Source of the DNA: Octopus vulgaris
Taxonomy: Eukaryota
NCBI GenBank assembly: GCA_951406725.2
Contig: OX597814.1
Coordinates: forward strand, 40,548,001-40,612,000
Direction of reading: 5' to 3'
Length of the DNA: 64,000 nucleotides
Part shown: in pieces, positions 19,266-33,321 of the stretch
Numbering within the stretch: the first letter of the stretch is position 1
Layout: each line of letters opens with the position of its first letter
Made by a program: the position numbers and the translations under genes
The notes under the pieces: generated by a model
What the model saw: the letters and a program-made list of their open reading frames with translations, nothing else
Database searches by the model: none
Told to the model about the DNA's origin: nothing

Positions 19266-20849
19266 GCGCTTTCTCCTCGATATTGATATATAATTTCAAT
19301 AATCCCTAACATACTGACATACACCAGTGGCTTTCGAATTATATGATAGGGATTATCCAGTGGAATACATTGGATTGTATATTTTGCAGTGAAGATATAA
19401 CTTTCTTGAATTAAATATACTTACATATATTCGAACATACATACATACACAAACACACACACATATAATCAAAATAATCAACAGGATATCAAGTAGTGAT
19501 GCAGTGCCACCATTTCAAGGGGCTCCATTTAATTGAACAATGCAATCATTACAGGAATTTGAATGCACTGCAAATTTCAGCAGCAAATTTCAGCTGCACA
19601 AATAAATAAATAGAATTTTAAACAGTAGAAAATATCAATTTAATTTTTCTCAATCATTTTAATAGAGCAAGAACATGGAAGAAATTCGTGTTGTCTCTAT
19701 TGTAGCTAAGAATAGATTACACTTCCAAGAATCGCATGAAGCCAATTGTGGTCATTGTATTGTAAAGGATTGTAGTTGATTTCTAATACATTTATCTATT
19801 TATCAACTACTAAACTTAAGAATATTTTGAACAGAGAACAAGAGAGAGTTGTCAGCACATAGCTAGGTATGGTCATAAATATTATCATATGTATCTCTTT
19901 CCTCAGGGAGGAAAAGAAGACTTTGGGAGTAGTCAGTTGGATATAAGTAACTGTCTATAGAAAAAGGCTGGGTACGGGAAAACTTTAAATTATGACATTA
20001 ATTCCAGTCAAACAGGCAAAACGCTAAAAAACCCGAGAGGAAATTTTATTTCGGGGACAATGTTTGGTTGTTTGTAAACAATATTCTTATATTGTGTAAA
20101 ATTAAAATTTAAGATTTTACAAAACTATCACAACGAAAATAGGTAAAATCTGTGTATATATCAATTATAAATATTAAGAAAGAAAGATTACATAGAATTA
20201 GTTTAAATTTCACCCTGGTACTTAATTAATTACTTATTAGGTGGTTACTAAAAATCGCTCAGGTTATTTATATATGGATTAAGCCGAAAGATAAACATGC
20301 TATCTATTACTTTTAAGCCATGAATCAGAAAGATGTAAAGATGCATAAAGATACAAAAAATGTTTATATATATATATATGGGTGTGAATGAAGCTATTTC
20401 TATATATGTTTGTGTGTGCGTGTGATCGTATACGTGTGTATGTATGCGAGGGTTGACTCTTAAAGATCAGCTAAGGACAATCGTATGTGTAACCAGCCAT
20501 GATGAACATATCACCAGTACAAATAAATAAAATACCACGAATCACCATCCCACTACATCAACACTTTTAATGCAGTTAACCAACGGTCTTTCAGGAACAA
20601 CACACCTTGATAAGCTCAGTGACTACTACTAAATTTAGAGAGGATATGTTTGAAGCCGAGGATTTTTAACTTATGGAGACAATATTTATATATCGACTGT
20701 GGAAACACATCATAATGCAGGGGAACAGTTACATAGACATGTTTCCGAGCACATCAAAATCTACGGTGCGTGGAAACAGTTGTAATGGTTAAAAGTAAAT
20801 GTCCAACCTTCTCTTCTTCCAACCTTTCTCGTTAACTCCAATATTTCCA

Positions 20850-21540
20850 AATAGGACAAGAAAAAATCCAGATAGATGATACAAAGAAAACATGGTGGAT
20901 GGGTCATTCAGATGTTTTCTTTCCTCAGTCGAGTTCCAGATTATCTTTGCAACTTCGACTGGTTATACACGAGATTGCTTCAATCTGGCCAGCCCCAAGG
21001 AAAATCAAAGCTAAGAGCATTAGACTCATTGGAAGAAATAAGAAAGCAGCGAATGTATACGAAAACAAGGATGGTAAAAAACGGAGAATTTTACAAAAAT
21101 ACAGGACATTATCAACGAGTTTCTTTCGACTAAGGACGAATTAAATTAAGCTGGCGTGTGTGGATATAAATCCTTACGGCAGGGATACAAGTTTTCACAG
21201 GCAAAGGAAGGAATATACGTGTTGTACGGATGACGGCCGAACCAAAAAAACTCAGGCTTGGCCAAACACAGGTCACGTGGGGAGAGAAGTGAGATAGGTA
21301 GAGGCAGAGGTACAGGAGAATTAAAGGAGGGGCGAGAAATATGACAGGGACGCAGTGAAGTCCAAAGAGGAGTGAGCAAGAAGAGAAGGCAAGGAAATAT
21401 GAGAGGTGTAACGAAAGAACGAAGAGTGGAATGAACGAATAAAAGTGAAAGGGCTGAGAGAAAGAACGAATAGAATCGTACAAGATTTATAAAACATATA
21501 TACTTACATATAAGAGACCGAAGTGTACTCCATATATATG

Positions 21541-21618
<78 letters not shown>

Positions 21619-21720
21619 ATATATATACATAAATATACACAAATGAGGCAAGAACGCAAAACATCCAGACAATTAGGTGATACAAAAATGGGACATACAT
21701 ACATATACATATGCGTAAAA
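20850..21720 (-). mobile_element. Non-coding interspersed repeat, same family as 45262-46140 (probably PLE-derived)
   Basis: Reverse complement of 20920-21040 aligns by eye to 45930-46045, and 21115-21155 to 45740-45787. Confidence 0.7.
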
Positions 21721-22261
21721 CCAGACTTCTTAAAAGAGTGTGATGAAGTTTAAATTCACTCCATATGAACTAACATGCAATTTATGTTGAAGTGAGATTT
21801 CAAAATGAAAATTTATTGAAACGAAATGAGATTATAAAAGAAAATAAACATTTAAAATTACAGGCAGTTGCAAATAATTATTTCACTTAATTATAGGCTT
21901 TTTATTATCAGACATAATATACATTAGTCGAATAATAGGTCAGCAGTGCATACATAATATTCAAGCACATGATCTTAAATCCTGTTATTTTCGGTGTTTT
22001 GCACAACACTACGTACTTTCTTCATTGAATATCAGTACCAAATGTAAATGATTTGTACAATGAGACTCTAGCATCTGTAGCATTTTCTAGTTAGGTTTAG
22101 GTTCAATCAATCTGCTCATTATTTTCATGTTATTATACATTAAATATAACATGTCCACTATAAAATCATTTTTAAAGTTGATACGTTATCGAATATAATC
22201 AACGATATTATCACTAAACTGTTCTTACCATACATACACCATATATATATATATATTTATA

Positions 22262-22480
22262 TATAAATTTAATCCAAACAAGAAAACACAAAAAAACACA
22301 ACAACGCGAGGACGTGGAACTAATATAGTATTATTGGACGCTCAGGAAAGAAGGAAAGAAGGAGGGTACAATGTTTCGAGCGGAGCTCTTCGTCGGAAAC
22401 ATAGGAGAAGGAAAGATCCAGAGAAGGGTAGACAGAGGGGAAAAAATCGCCAACGGTACAGTGACAGATAAACATATACA
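22262..22480 (-). mobile_element. Short PLE pLTR-like repeat with degenerate hammerhead-like motif
   Basis: Minus: CCGACGA-A-gagc-tcc-gctc-GAAAC-att-GTA (~22366-22398); U4 is mutated and there is no stem I; lies between (TA)n tracts. Confidence 0.5.
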
Positions 22481-22484
22481 CAGA

Positions 22485-23306
<822 letters not shown>

Positions 23307-24855
23307 GAGTGTTGGCACGCGTGTGAGTGTGTTTTTGTGAATCAGTGTGTGACAGAGAGACAGACCGCCCGAGACGCTGATCGATTGATTGATAAATAAA
23401 TTCCGATATAGTGAGCTATGCTAGCTTGCAAACAATCGATATTACCTTACCTGTTGCTCGTCGTTCACAGGAAAGATATTCTGTGGTGTGTTTTAGATGA
23501 TTTAGTTACAGTGATTATATTATATAAGTGTTAGTGACCTCAATCTGAAGGAAATATTTACATAACAAAAATGTGATAGAAGCTAAATCACAGTATATAA
23601 TGTTATTTGATGCTGTTAACCAATATACATAGAGAAATACTATCGTTAGATAGTGATAGTTATATGAGAAATTAAGTTATTGATAGCGAGGCTTCCAGAA
23701 AAACATCTTAAAATGAGATATTCAATGGAGGATGATTTAAGAATTAAATCATATATCATTAACACCACGAACAAATGTATAAAGTAGATATACAGAAAAG
23801 AAAGCAACGAAGTTAATGGCTAAATATAGGAAATAGCCAACGAAATAAAATATTAAGCAATCGAATGTATTGACAAGTAATGTAATGATCAGATATTTAA
23901 GCTGGTTGTGTAAAAGTAATAATCATTTAACAGTTTATTATGAAATGAGTTAAAAAATAAGGTTAGAATATAAGAAAAATCAAAAGGCGAAGTTGAGAAA
24001 AAATTATGGATTTAATGTGTGAAATAAAGTCGGCGTGAAGCAATATGGCGGCGTATGGTATATGTTACATAAAACTATAAAATAATTTAATTTTTTTCTT
24101 TTGTCTGTGGTTAGTAAATGATATTTCCTATTTGCTTCTATGGAGATATCAGAGGAAATTATCACTATTCTCTTCAAACTTTACTTTTGTTAATTGTACA
24201 TCAGTGTTTTGAAACTGAACTATTTTCCACTACATTTTATATAGAGTCATCACTGAGATGCTGAAGCAGATATATCTTTATAGCAACTATTGTGCTTAGT
24301 GCAGCAGATTTGCTTGTCACATGCTTGAGCTTAACAACTTGATACTTAACAGCTGACAATAAGTTGATCTCTGATCATGAGCTGGAGAAGTGAGGGGACG
24401 TCAAATCTTAGGAGTTAAAAAAAATGAAACAAAAGGAAATTTTAGAAGTAATAGGCATCTTCATACTTTCAAGGGGTAAAGAAATGGGAAATGAGAGTGG
24501 CTACCGAAGAACAAAAATTATGATCCGCTGTGTAATTGATGACGTTTCACTTTTACATCATTGGATATACGAAACAAGCTGATAACAATCGCTGATATAA
24601 AACAATTATTAAAAATTACATCCCAGTAAGGCTTCATCATCATAGGCGATTCAAATAATATTGGTTTTTAAAGTCTAGCTTTAGAGATATCAAGTATGCA
24701 ATAAATGCATCAAATTATATTTTATGATGCGTCCGCAATCTGAAATTGAAAGATCAGTATTCTTCAGTACTGGATCTATGGTAGCTCATGATTTAAGCGT
24801 GTGTAATATGTGCACAGGATCAAAAACTTGTCTATTGCAAAACATTATGAATTAT

Positions 24856-24939
<84 letters not shown>

Positions 24940-24947
<8 letters not shown>

Positions 24948-25440
24948 ATATTTTGGAATGGTCATTTTGCCAGTTTAGCCAATAAAAACACACGCACTAT
25001 ATATTTGGTGTTATTTTGCTTCAGTGTTATTTATTTTTATCTTTGTGTTATTTATTTTTTACATTAATCTTAATCTTATTTCGGCCAGAGTTCTTTTGTC
25101 ACACTCCTGTGACCGCATCAGTGGTCCTTTGTTTTCTTCTTTCTTATTTATGTCTCTCCTTACTAACCGTCAGCCATTTTGTATTTCTATTGTATGTCTT
25201 CATTTGCGCATGCTTATATCTCTATGTGCATTTATGTTTATTTAGTGTGTGTATGTAGGGGGATGCCTGTAATATTTACATCTTCTGTTTATATATGTTC
25301 AATTCGTGTTTTGTTTTTGTTGTCTTAGTTTATTCTTATTTTGTTGGCTAAACTGGCAAAATGACAATTCCGAAATATAACAATATCTGTTTCAACACAC
25401 GACTTCACATAAAAAATCTTGCACAACAAATATTTAAAGG
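24940..25440 (-). mobile_element. (TA)n-flanked element with ~48-bp inverted repeats and a degenerate hammerhead
   Basis: IR at 24940-24988 / 25340-25387; minus CTGATGC-ggtca...tggcc-GAAA at ~25079-25121. Confidence 0.65.
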
Positions 25441-25491
25441 TATATATATGTATATATATACATATATATACACACATATACATATATACAC

Positions 25492-25560
<69 letters not shown>

Positions 25561-26207
25561 TATACATATATACATACATATCTAATAAATATATATATCT
25601 ATACATATAAATTTGACATGAACGAATCTTTCTCGTTTTGAAATTCATTGTCAAACGGGTGAGTGGAATTGCGCGAAAATCTATACATATATGTATAATG
25701 ATCTGGTGGTGATGCTGGGCTTTTTATCTTCTTCATAGCTGCCATGGTTACTGAGATTATCTTCTATTACCACAATCTTGTGTTTATGAATGAGAAAGGA
25801 AGGGGTGATACATGAATAAGGAAACATGGCGTGATGTCATACTTGATAGTGTGATGATGAAAATTGTACGCCCCAAAAAATTAAATCAAACAGCGTTTCA
25901 ACTCTGTGGATTTGGTATGTTTGACTTTACTAAAATCTCTTCTCTATAAAGGTACGTGTCTGATTTTTGTTGATATAAAATAATGTATTCGGTATTTCTC
26001 GACTATGTAAGAATCGGGAGAGAGTAAAAAGAATGAGGGAGAGAGAGAGACAGATAGAAGACTGTGAAGGGGAGAGAAAGAGAATTAGATGTGCGTGCAG
26101 CTCTGAGGGGAAATTGTTGGATCACCATCCGTTAGTTATCAGAGGATTTGTAGATTAGTGAAGGCTTACTTACTATCCAATTAATTAATGTTATATGTGT
26201 GAGTGTC

Positions 26208-26268
<61 letters not shown>

Positions 26269-26460
26269 AAGTAATGCAATACAAAGTATCGCCTTCCATA
26301 ATATATATATTAATAGTATTAATGTGGTAACATCGTAGATTTCGTCATGGTATATGCTTGGCTGATGAAGATAGAATAATATATGGGTGAGTGACATATC
26401 TTTTAAAATCTGAAACCTGCAGGTCCCATATTATCCTTTTCCGGGTATTTCATCTTTCAG

Positions 26461-26475
26461 ATGTTCTCCCTGGAG
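26461..26475 (+). other. Candidate 15-nt microexon
   Basis: tttcatctttcag|ATGTTCTCCCTGGAG|gtaaga; consensus acceptor and donor; length is a multiple of 3. Confidence 0.35.
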
Positions 26476-27435
26476 GTAAGACGTTTTTCTCTAGTTTGTT
26501 GCACACGCGCATTTTACTAATACATACGCGGTGAAGCTATACATTAGCGTCGTATTTTTACGGTCGCTATTTCCAGTAAATATCGGTACTTAGTTGTGCC
26601 ATTTATTTACTACTTTGTATATATATATATATATATATATAAATATATATGAATGTATATATATATATATATATACATATATCTCTTTGTATGTGAGGGG
26701 ATGCGTGTGTATGGGTGCGTGTATGTGTTTGTGTATGTGGGTCTCGGTGCGTACATCTGTGTTATTGCAATTATTATTTAAGACAACTCTAATAGCTTCA
26801 ATAGGTTTGTTGTGTTATAATTCTATTAATCCACATTTTTATTTCCAGTGTTACCCTGTATACATTAATGTTTATTAGGTTACGTCATATCTAGATTCAA
26901 ATGTATATATAATCCAAATATATAAACTCTGGATACTAATCGCAAAATATCACCAAAAATTACAAAATGAAACTCCTCCATGAAACTAAAACAAGCCCAG
27001 TCACTATATTAAAGAGAGCGAAAAATACAGTAGCAATAATAAATATCATTGACAAAGTCAAAATAAGCTTAAAGTACCATACTACATCCTGTGAAACAAA
27101 TCAATAACTATACGATAAATTCAATAACACAGTCTGGCAATATATTGAGAAATCCGATTTTTTTTTTTTTGCGCTTTAATTCACACCTCCCTTCCTTTGT
27201 CAGGTTATCATCACTCTGAATTGAGATACGTTCAGATAACCTTTGATACGATGGTTTTTCAATAATTTCGTGAATGGCAAATGTTTCTTCTTTTGTGGCT
27301 TTTTTTTTTCGTATGACATATGTTTACGTTTATTACATTTCCGTTTGATTTGAAAATGATTATATTCTGGCTGATTACTTGTATATATACGTGTATAAAG
27401 AACCGTAAATACATATTTGTATATATCTGAGCTTT

Positions 27436-27489
<54 letters not shown>

Positions 27490-27599
27490 TATACATACAT
27501 AATATATATATATATATATGTGTGTGTGTATATATATATATATAAATGTATGTATGTATATATATAAATATATATATGTATATGTAAATATATATGTCT

Positions 27600-27645
<46 letters not shown>

Positions 27646-27666
27646 CATATATGCGTGTCTACACGC

Positions 27667-27724
<58 letters not shown>

Positions 27725-28499
27725 TATGTGAGAGAAAGAGGGGAGGAGATAGGAAGACGTCTGGTAGATACGTATGGATGTTTGTATACCTGTGTATGAA
27801 TATCAACGTATTATCTGTTGATTTTCCAGGTCTTATTTCGTTAAAATTGATTTCTAATTTAGTTACGTAACTATATGAGTTAATTTTGCCTTCATATGTC
27901 TATGCATATTGAAAATTATTATTTCCATTTTTAAAATTTCTTGGTGGGGTAGATACTTGGCTACATTAGATTCCTTCTCATGCGAATGGTAAATTGATTG
28001 TTGATGTTCCAACTTGAAAATGTCCTTCATAAAAGCTCTCTGACAATCTTTATAGATTATCGAGTCTTGTACGAATTGATATATTTTTTATTCCATGTGT
28101 TTATCTTTACCAATATTTCACACAGACAACTCCATTTATCTACTACCTTGGACACTACCATATGCATTCACATGTCCCTTTGTTAGCTGAAACCTTTGTG
28201 TTCGCAGAAACAGTATTCTATGAAACAATACTAATACTACCGTCATTCAGAACAGAATAATTATAAATTTAGTAGCGGATTATGCAACAAATTATTTGGT
28301 GCCTAATCTCATACACTAATACTGTATTTGAAATGAAGTATATTAATATCTACAATATGTTAAATATTATTTGGAAAACATGTATTCTGTAAAAAGTCGT
28401 TTGAAATAAACAGTATCACAAAGACATTTTATAAAATTATATATTTATATATATACTGAATATTGTTGTGTTCACATACTTATATCTATATATCTCTCT

Positions 28500-28608
<109 letters not shown>

Positions 28609-29239
28609 GTTCACATATTTTTATTTAGATTGTAACCATGGGAAAACAAGATATGTTTTTATGGTAATGCAATGCTCCAACCTTTCTGTTACGGTTCTGG
28701 TTCCTTGGCTGTTTGTGTTTAGCTTATAAAGAAATAACATAATTAGCTGCTTAATATTATTACTGATTTCACAACCTTTTCAGATATGCCATGATCCTTT
28801 TTCTCGATGCTTTCAAAACTTATTATTTTTATGAAGATGTAACATATTTACTTCTGGATTCCTATAAACATACTCAACTGAAGTGTTTTGTGATATGCTG
28901 AAATTTTAAACAAAAGCCTTCATTGATTTATGCGCTGGTGAAGCAGCTATATTTCTATAAATAATCAACTACGATTCTGCTTATAAAGTGTTCGAATGTA
29001 TTCATTCAAAGCAGAGATATATCTAAAAGGAGAGTCATAACTGCGATGACTGTATGACATGTTTGTGAATTTTGTCGCTACGAGACATGTCTTTTTTCCA
29101 CTGACGAAATAATGAAGAGGTTTTATTTTTAAAGTTGAAAGCTAGAATGATAGGAAATATTTTGACCCCTTCTCATTTGTATATGTACTTTCCTATTCAT
29201 ATTGAGTGAGTTACGTATAAGTGAGAGAAAATTAAGAAT

Positions 29240-30590
29240 GAGAATATTCTTAGAGTTGCATGTCTCGTTTCTCTGTTTATTTCTTTTTTGTTCGAAAAAG
29301 AGCTCGTTTTCTATGTTTTTATTTTTATGCTTTCGTTTCTCATTGTGTTGAACGTTTCTTTGATGTTCTGTACCAATATATGCATGTATATATGCATATA
29401 TATGTAGGTATGTTCATACGTGTATGAATATATGCTTATATTTATCTATTAGTTATATTATTATATGATCGAACACCACGCATCCTTTTCCAAGTAAGTT
29501 TTATCTTAATAATTTTTTCTATCGTCTCGGCTTAACAACATTTATCGTTTGTTTCTACTGTCTTGTTCTCTCACAATCCTGTTCTTGTTACCACTTTCAC
29601 TCCCCGCAAAAAATCCAAAATTTTGTTTAATTTCCTTTGCGGGAAAGACTGTTTCAACGAAATCGCGTATTATTCTTGCCTTCGTACGAGGAGTAAATGA
29701 AATACAGACAACTGATGAAAGGGAATATTCTTAATTTTGCATGTCTCGTTTCTCTGTTTTTGTTTCTTTGTTCGAAAAAAAGTTCGTTTTCTATGTGTTT
29801 GTTTTTATATTTTCGTTTCTCATTGTGTTCAACCTTATTTGATGTTGTGTAGCCGTATATGCATGTATATATACAAATATATGTAGCTATGTACATATAT
29901 ATATATATGTATATATGCATATATTTATATATTTTTTAAATTATTATATGCTCGAATGCCATGCGTCGTTTTCCAAGTAAGTTTTACGTTAATAATTACG
30001 ATGCACACTCTTCTATCTCTACTATCTCTTGCCTCTCTTCTCCTTCATCATTTCTGGTTTTCTCTCCTGCCCTTCCTTCTTCTTCTCCACTCATTTTCAC
30101 CGTTCCCTTTCTCTCACACTTCCTCCTTGACTCCACGCTAACAAGTAACGAATGGGAATCTATCTTTTTGCCCATTTCCTTCCTAAAGACAACACGTGGT
30201 TATATATGCCTCCTCTCATAAGCTCTTTTTCCTGGCGTTCATAATAATTTTCCTATCGTCTTGACTTAACAACCCTCACAGTTTGTTTTTACTGTCTTGT
30301 TCTCACTGTCCTGTTCGTGTTACCACTTTCACCCTCCACAAAAAATTCCAAATTTTCTTTAATTTACTTTGCGAGAAAGACTGTTTCAACGAAGTCGCGT
30401 ACTAGCGTTGCTTTCGTACGTGGAGTAGAAGAAATAGAGACAACTGATGAAGGGGAATATTCTTTATACTGCATGACTCGTTTCTCTGGGGGTTTTTTCG
30501 TTGTTCGAAAAAAAGTCTGTTTCCTATGTGTTTGTTTTTATGTTTTCATTTCTCAATATGTTCAAAGTTTTTTTTTATGTCGTGAACACA
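29240..30590 (+). repeat. Three diverged direct repeats (starts ~29242, ~29723, ~30454), pLTR-like tandem
   Basis: gaatattctt...gcatgtctcgtttctctg...gttcgaaaaa occurs three times; 29505-29730 resembles 30243-30460. Confidence 0.8.
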
Positions 30591-30597
30591 TAAATGC

Positions 30598-30713
<116 letters not shown>

Positions 30714-30824
30714 AAGTATGTACATATATGTACGTATATATGCACATATTTATACTATGTATATAATATATATTCTTATATACATACATATATATAAATA
30801 TATATTTATATATATATACATACA

Positions 30825-30885
<61 letters not shown>

Positions 30886-31004
30886 CATTCACACACAGAT
30901 ATATTTATATATATATACTTATATATATATAAATTCTTAATTATATTAGTGGGTACACGAGGCACGAGTTTGCAAGAGAGTAGAGGTAAAAGAACCAGAA
31001 GTAA

Positions 31005-31200
31005 TTACAAGGTGAATCAGCGTGACATTGTGGGAGTAGGCTGGCCATTTGAAATACAGGTATTACCCATGTTTGCTATCTGAAAGGACTCGAACAACGT
31101 GAAACTAAACTGTCTTGATCCAGGACACAAACCATGGCCGGGAATTGAACTCATGACCTAAAGTTTGTGAGCCGAATATCCCAAACAATAAGTCAGACGC
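31005..31200 (-). mobile_element. Partial tRNA-derived SINE (family of 40870-41195)
   Basis: gctggccatttgaaatacagg...caggacacaa..ccgggaattgaactcatgacc. Confidence 0.7.
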
Positions 31201-31206
31201 TTTCAC

Positions 31207-31250
<44 letters not shown>

Positions 31251-31269
31251 TACATATTTATATACATGC

Positions 31270-31317
<48 letters not shown>

Positions 31318-32829
31318 CTGTGTGTATGTGTGTGTATATACGAATATCTGTTTGTATGCATGTGTATGTGCATATATTTCTTCATATATATCTGCATGTA
31401 TATGTTCATGAATGTAAGTATGCACAGACACATATATATACATATACATTTATTTTCCTATATATATATTACGTATAAAACATATACAGATATGTATTTA
31501 TGTATATGTAAATGTACATGTATTTGATCATTTATTTTGTACATATGTTTATTACATAATGGTTAAATATGTTAATGAATGTATTTATCAATATATCAAA
31601 TGATATTACCTTCGCCAAATTATTAATTAATTAATTTATTTATTTTTTCAATGAATATTATGAAGAACCGTTTATAAGTTCATTATTCTAACTGAATGTT
31701 ATCGCTTGAGGAAAAATAATTTTTTCTTTGTTGACTTTGTATCTTTATTTTCTTTTCATTTTTATACTGAATCGTTCATACGTTTCTGTATTGAAACTTA
31801 AGTTTTGTTATTTTAAGTTATAAAATACGGTGGATATTTTGAAAAAAAAATTTATTTCAGCGGATTCAATCATACTACTTGTTTTAGTTAATGTGAAAAT
31901 ATTCATATTTACTGTAAAATACAGAATTTTATTCATAGTGAACCATCAATTATATATTGCAAATTAGTTATCTTCATATACTAAATGATTATTCTTTATG
32001 AATACGTTCATTTGATCTATTAGTTAATCTTAATAACAATAATGATAATAATGAAATATGAATAATTTTACATAATACCATATTGTGATCAAAAGCATTT
32101 ATTTCTATGTACGTATTTCTGTTGTTTTAATTTTTTTTTTTGCATTTTCTTTATAAATGTATAATTTTGTACCTTCAAGCTAAGTAATTTCATATTTATT
32201 CTAGAAATTGTCTGTGTATGAATAAGTAGATGACAACAAATATCATATACCATCATATATTTTTGAATACTTGTAATACAAATTTAACTTAATAATTTTA
32301 ATAAAGTTTTTATGATATTGAAAATGTATATCTTTATTCTTATTGCAACACTAATTTCTTTACTTTTGTTAGACATAGGAAAATTTTGAAATAGGTTATT
32401 TATAGTTTTTGATCTCTTTATCTAATATATAATAGAGCTTTTCTTTATCGTAGGTCTATATTCTATGATTTTGTATTTGTTTGTTTACGGAATTATCCTA
32501 TCGACAATTTACGTAAATATGGACACTTATTTGTTAGATATTTGAATAATCTTTATTCCAGTAACTTCTAATTTAGTTACTTTTGAAAGATCTTGTAAAC
32601 TTTCGATATTATTTATACTTATGGTTTATTATCTCTTTATCTAAGAAACAATAACGCTTATAGTAATTATCGTAGATGAAAGTATCCGTTTCTCTATTGG
32701 GTTCTCCATTCGTTAAAATACATAAAGAAGGAACATTATTTGCAGCTAATTTGAATAATATTTACATCAGTAATAAATGAGAAGTGTTATTATTTCATCG
32801 TTACATACGATGATTATGTCGTTAGTCAG

Positions 32830-33100
32830 AGGAAAATGCGGAGGAAATTTATTTCATTTTGCTCTTGGTGGCACAGGTAAAGCATGTATAACAACTTTAA
32901 TTCTCTCCAAGGTAGGGCAACAAAGAGATTTGGAGTTGCTCTAGCATCGTCTGGCTTGGCAACCGCCATAAGTAACGGTTCAGTTTGCGACAATGCCACC
33001 TGATCAAGTGGGATGAATACATCATATCACATAGAGATGCAATGGAAGCTTTTGGTAAGACCTTACAGGGCATAAGAGGCAGCAATAATTCTGTGTGGAG
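32830..33100 (+). pseudogene. Helitron-type Pif1 helicase fragment, internally deleted
   Basis: ALGGTGK (Walker A), ALASSG and [21 protein letters not shown] (Walker B region) match Pif1 motifs. Confidence 0.75.
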
Positions 33101-33123
33101 TTACATTAACTGTGTATGTATGT

Positions 33124-33241
<118 letters not shown>

Positions 33242-33246
33242 ATATG

Positions 33247-33301
<55 letters not shown>

Positions 33302-33321
33302 GTATGTATGTATATATATAT

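Noticed and set aside
23451-23480. Minus-strand 30-nt exon candidate (cacag|...CAG|gtaag)
   Set aside because: Good donor but poor polypyrimidine tract; expected by chance.
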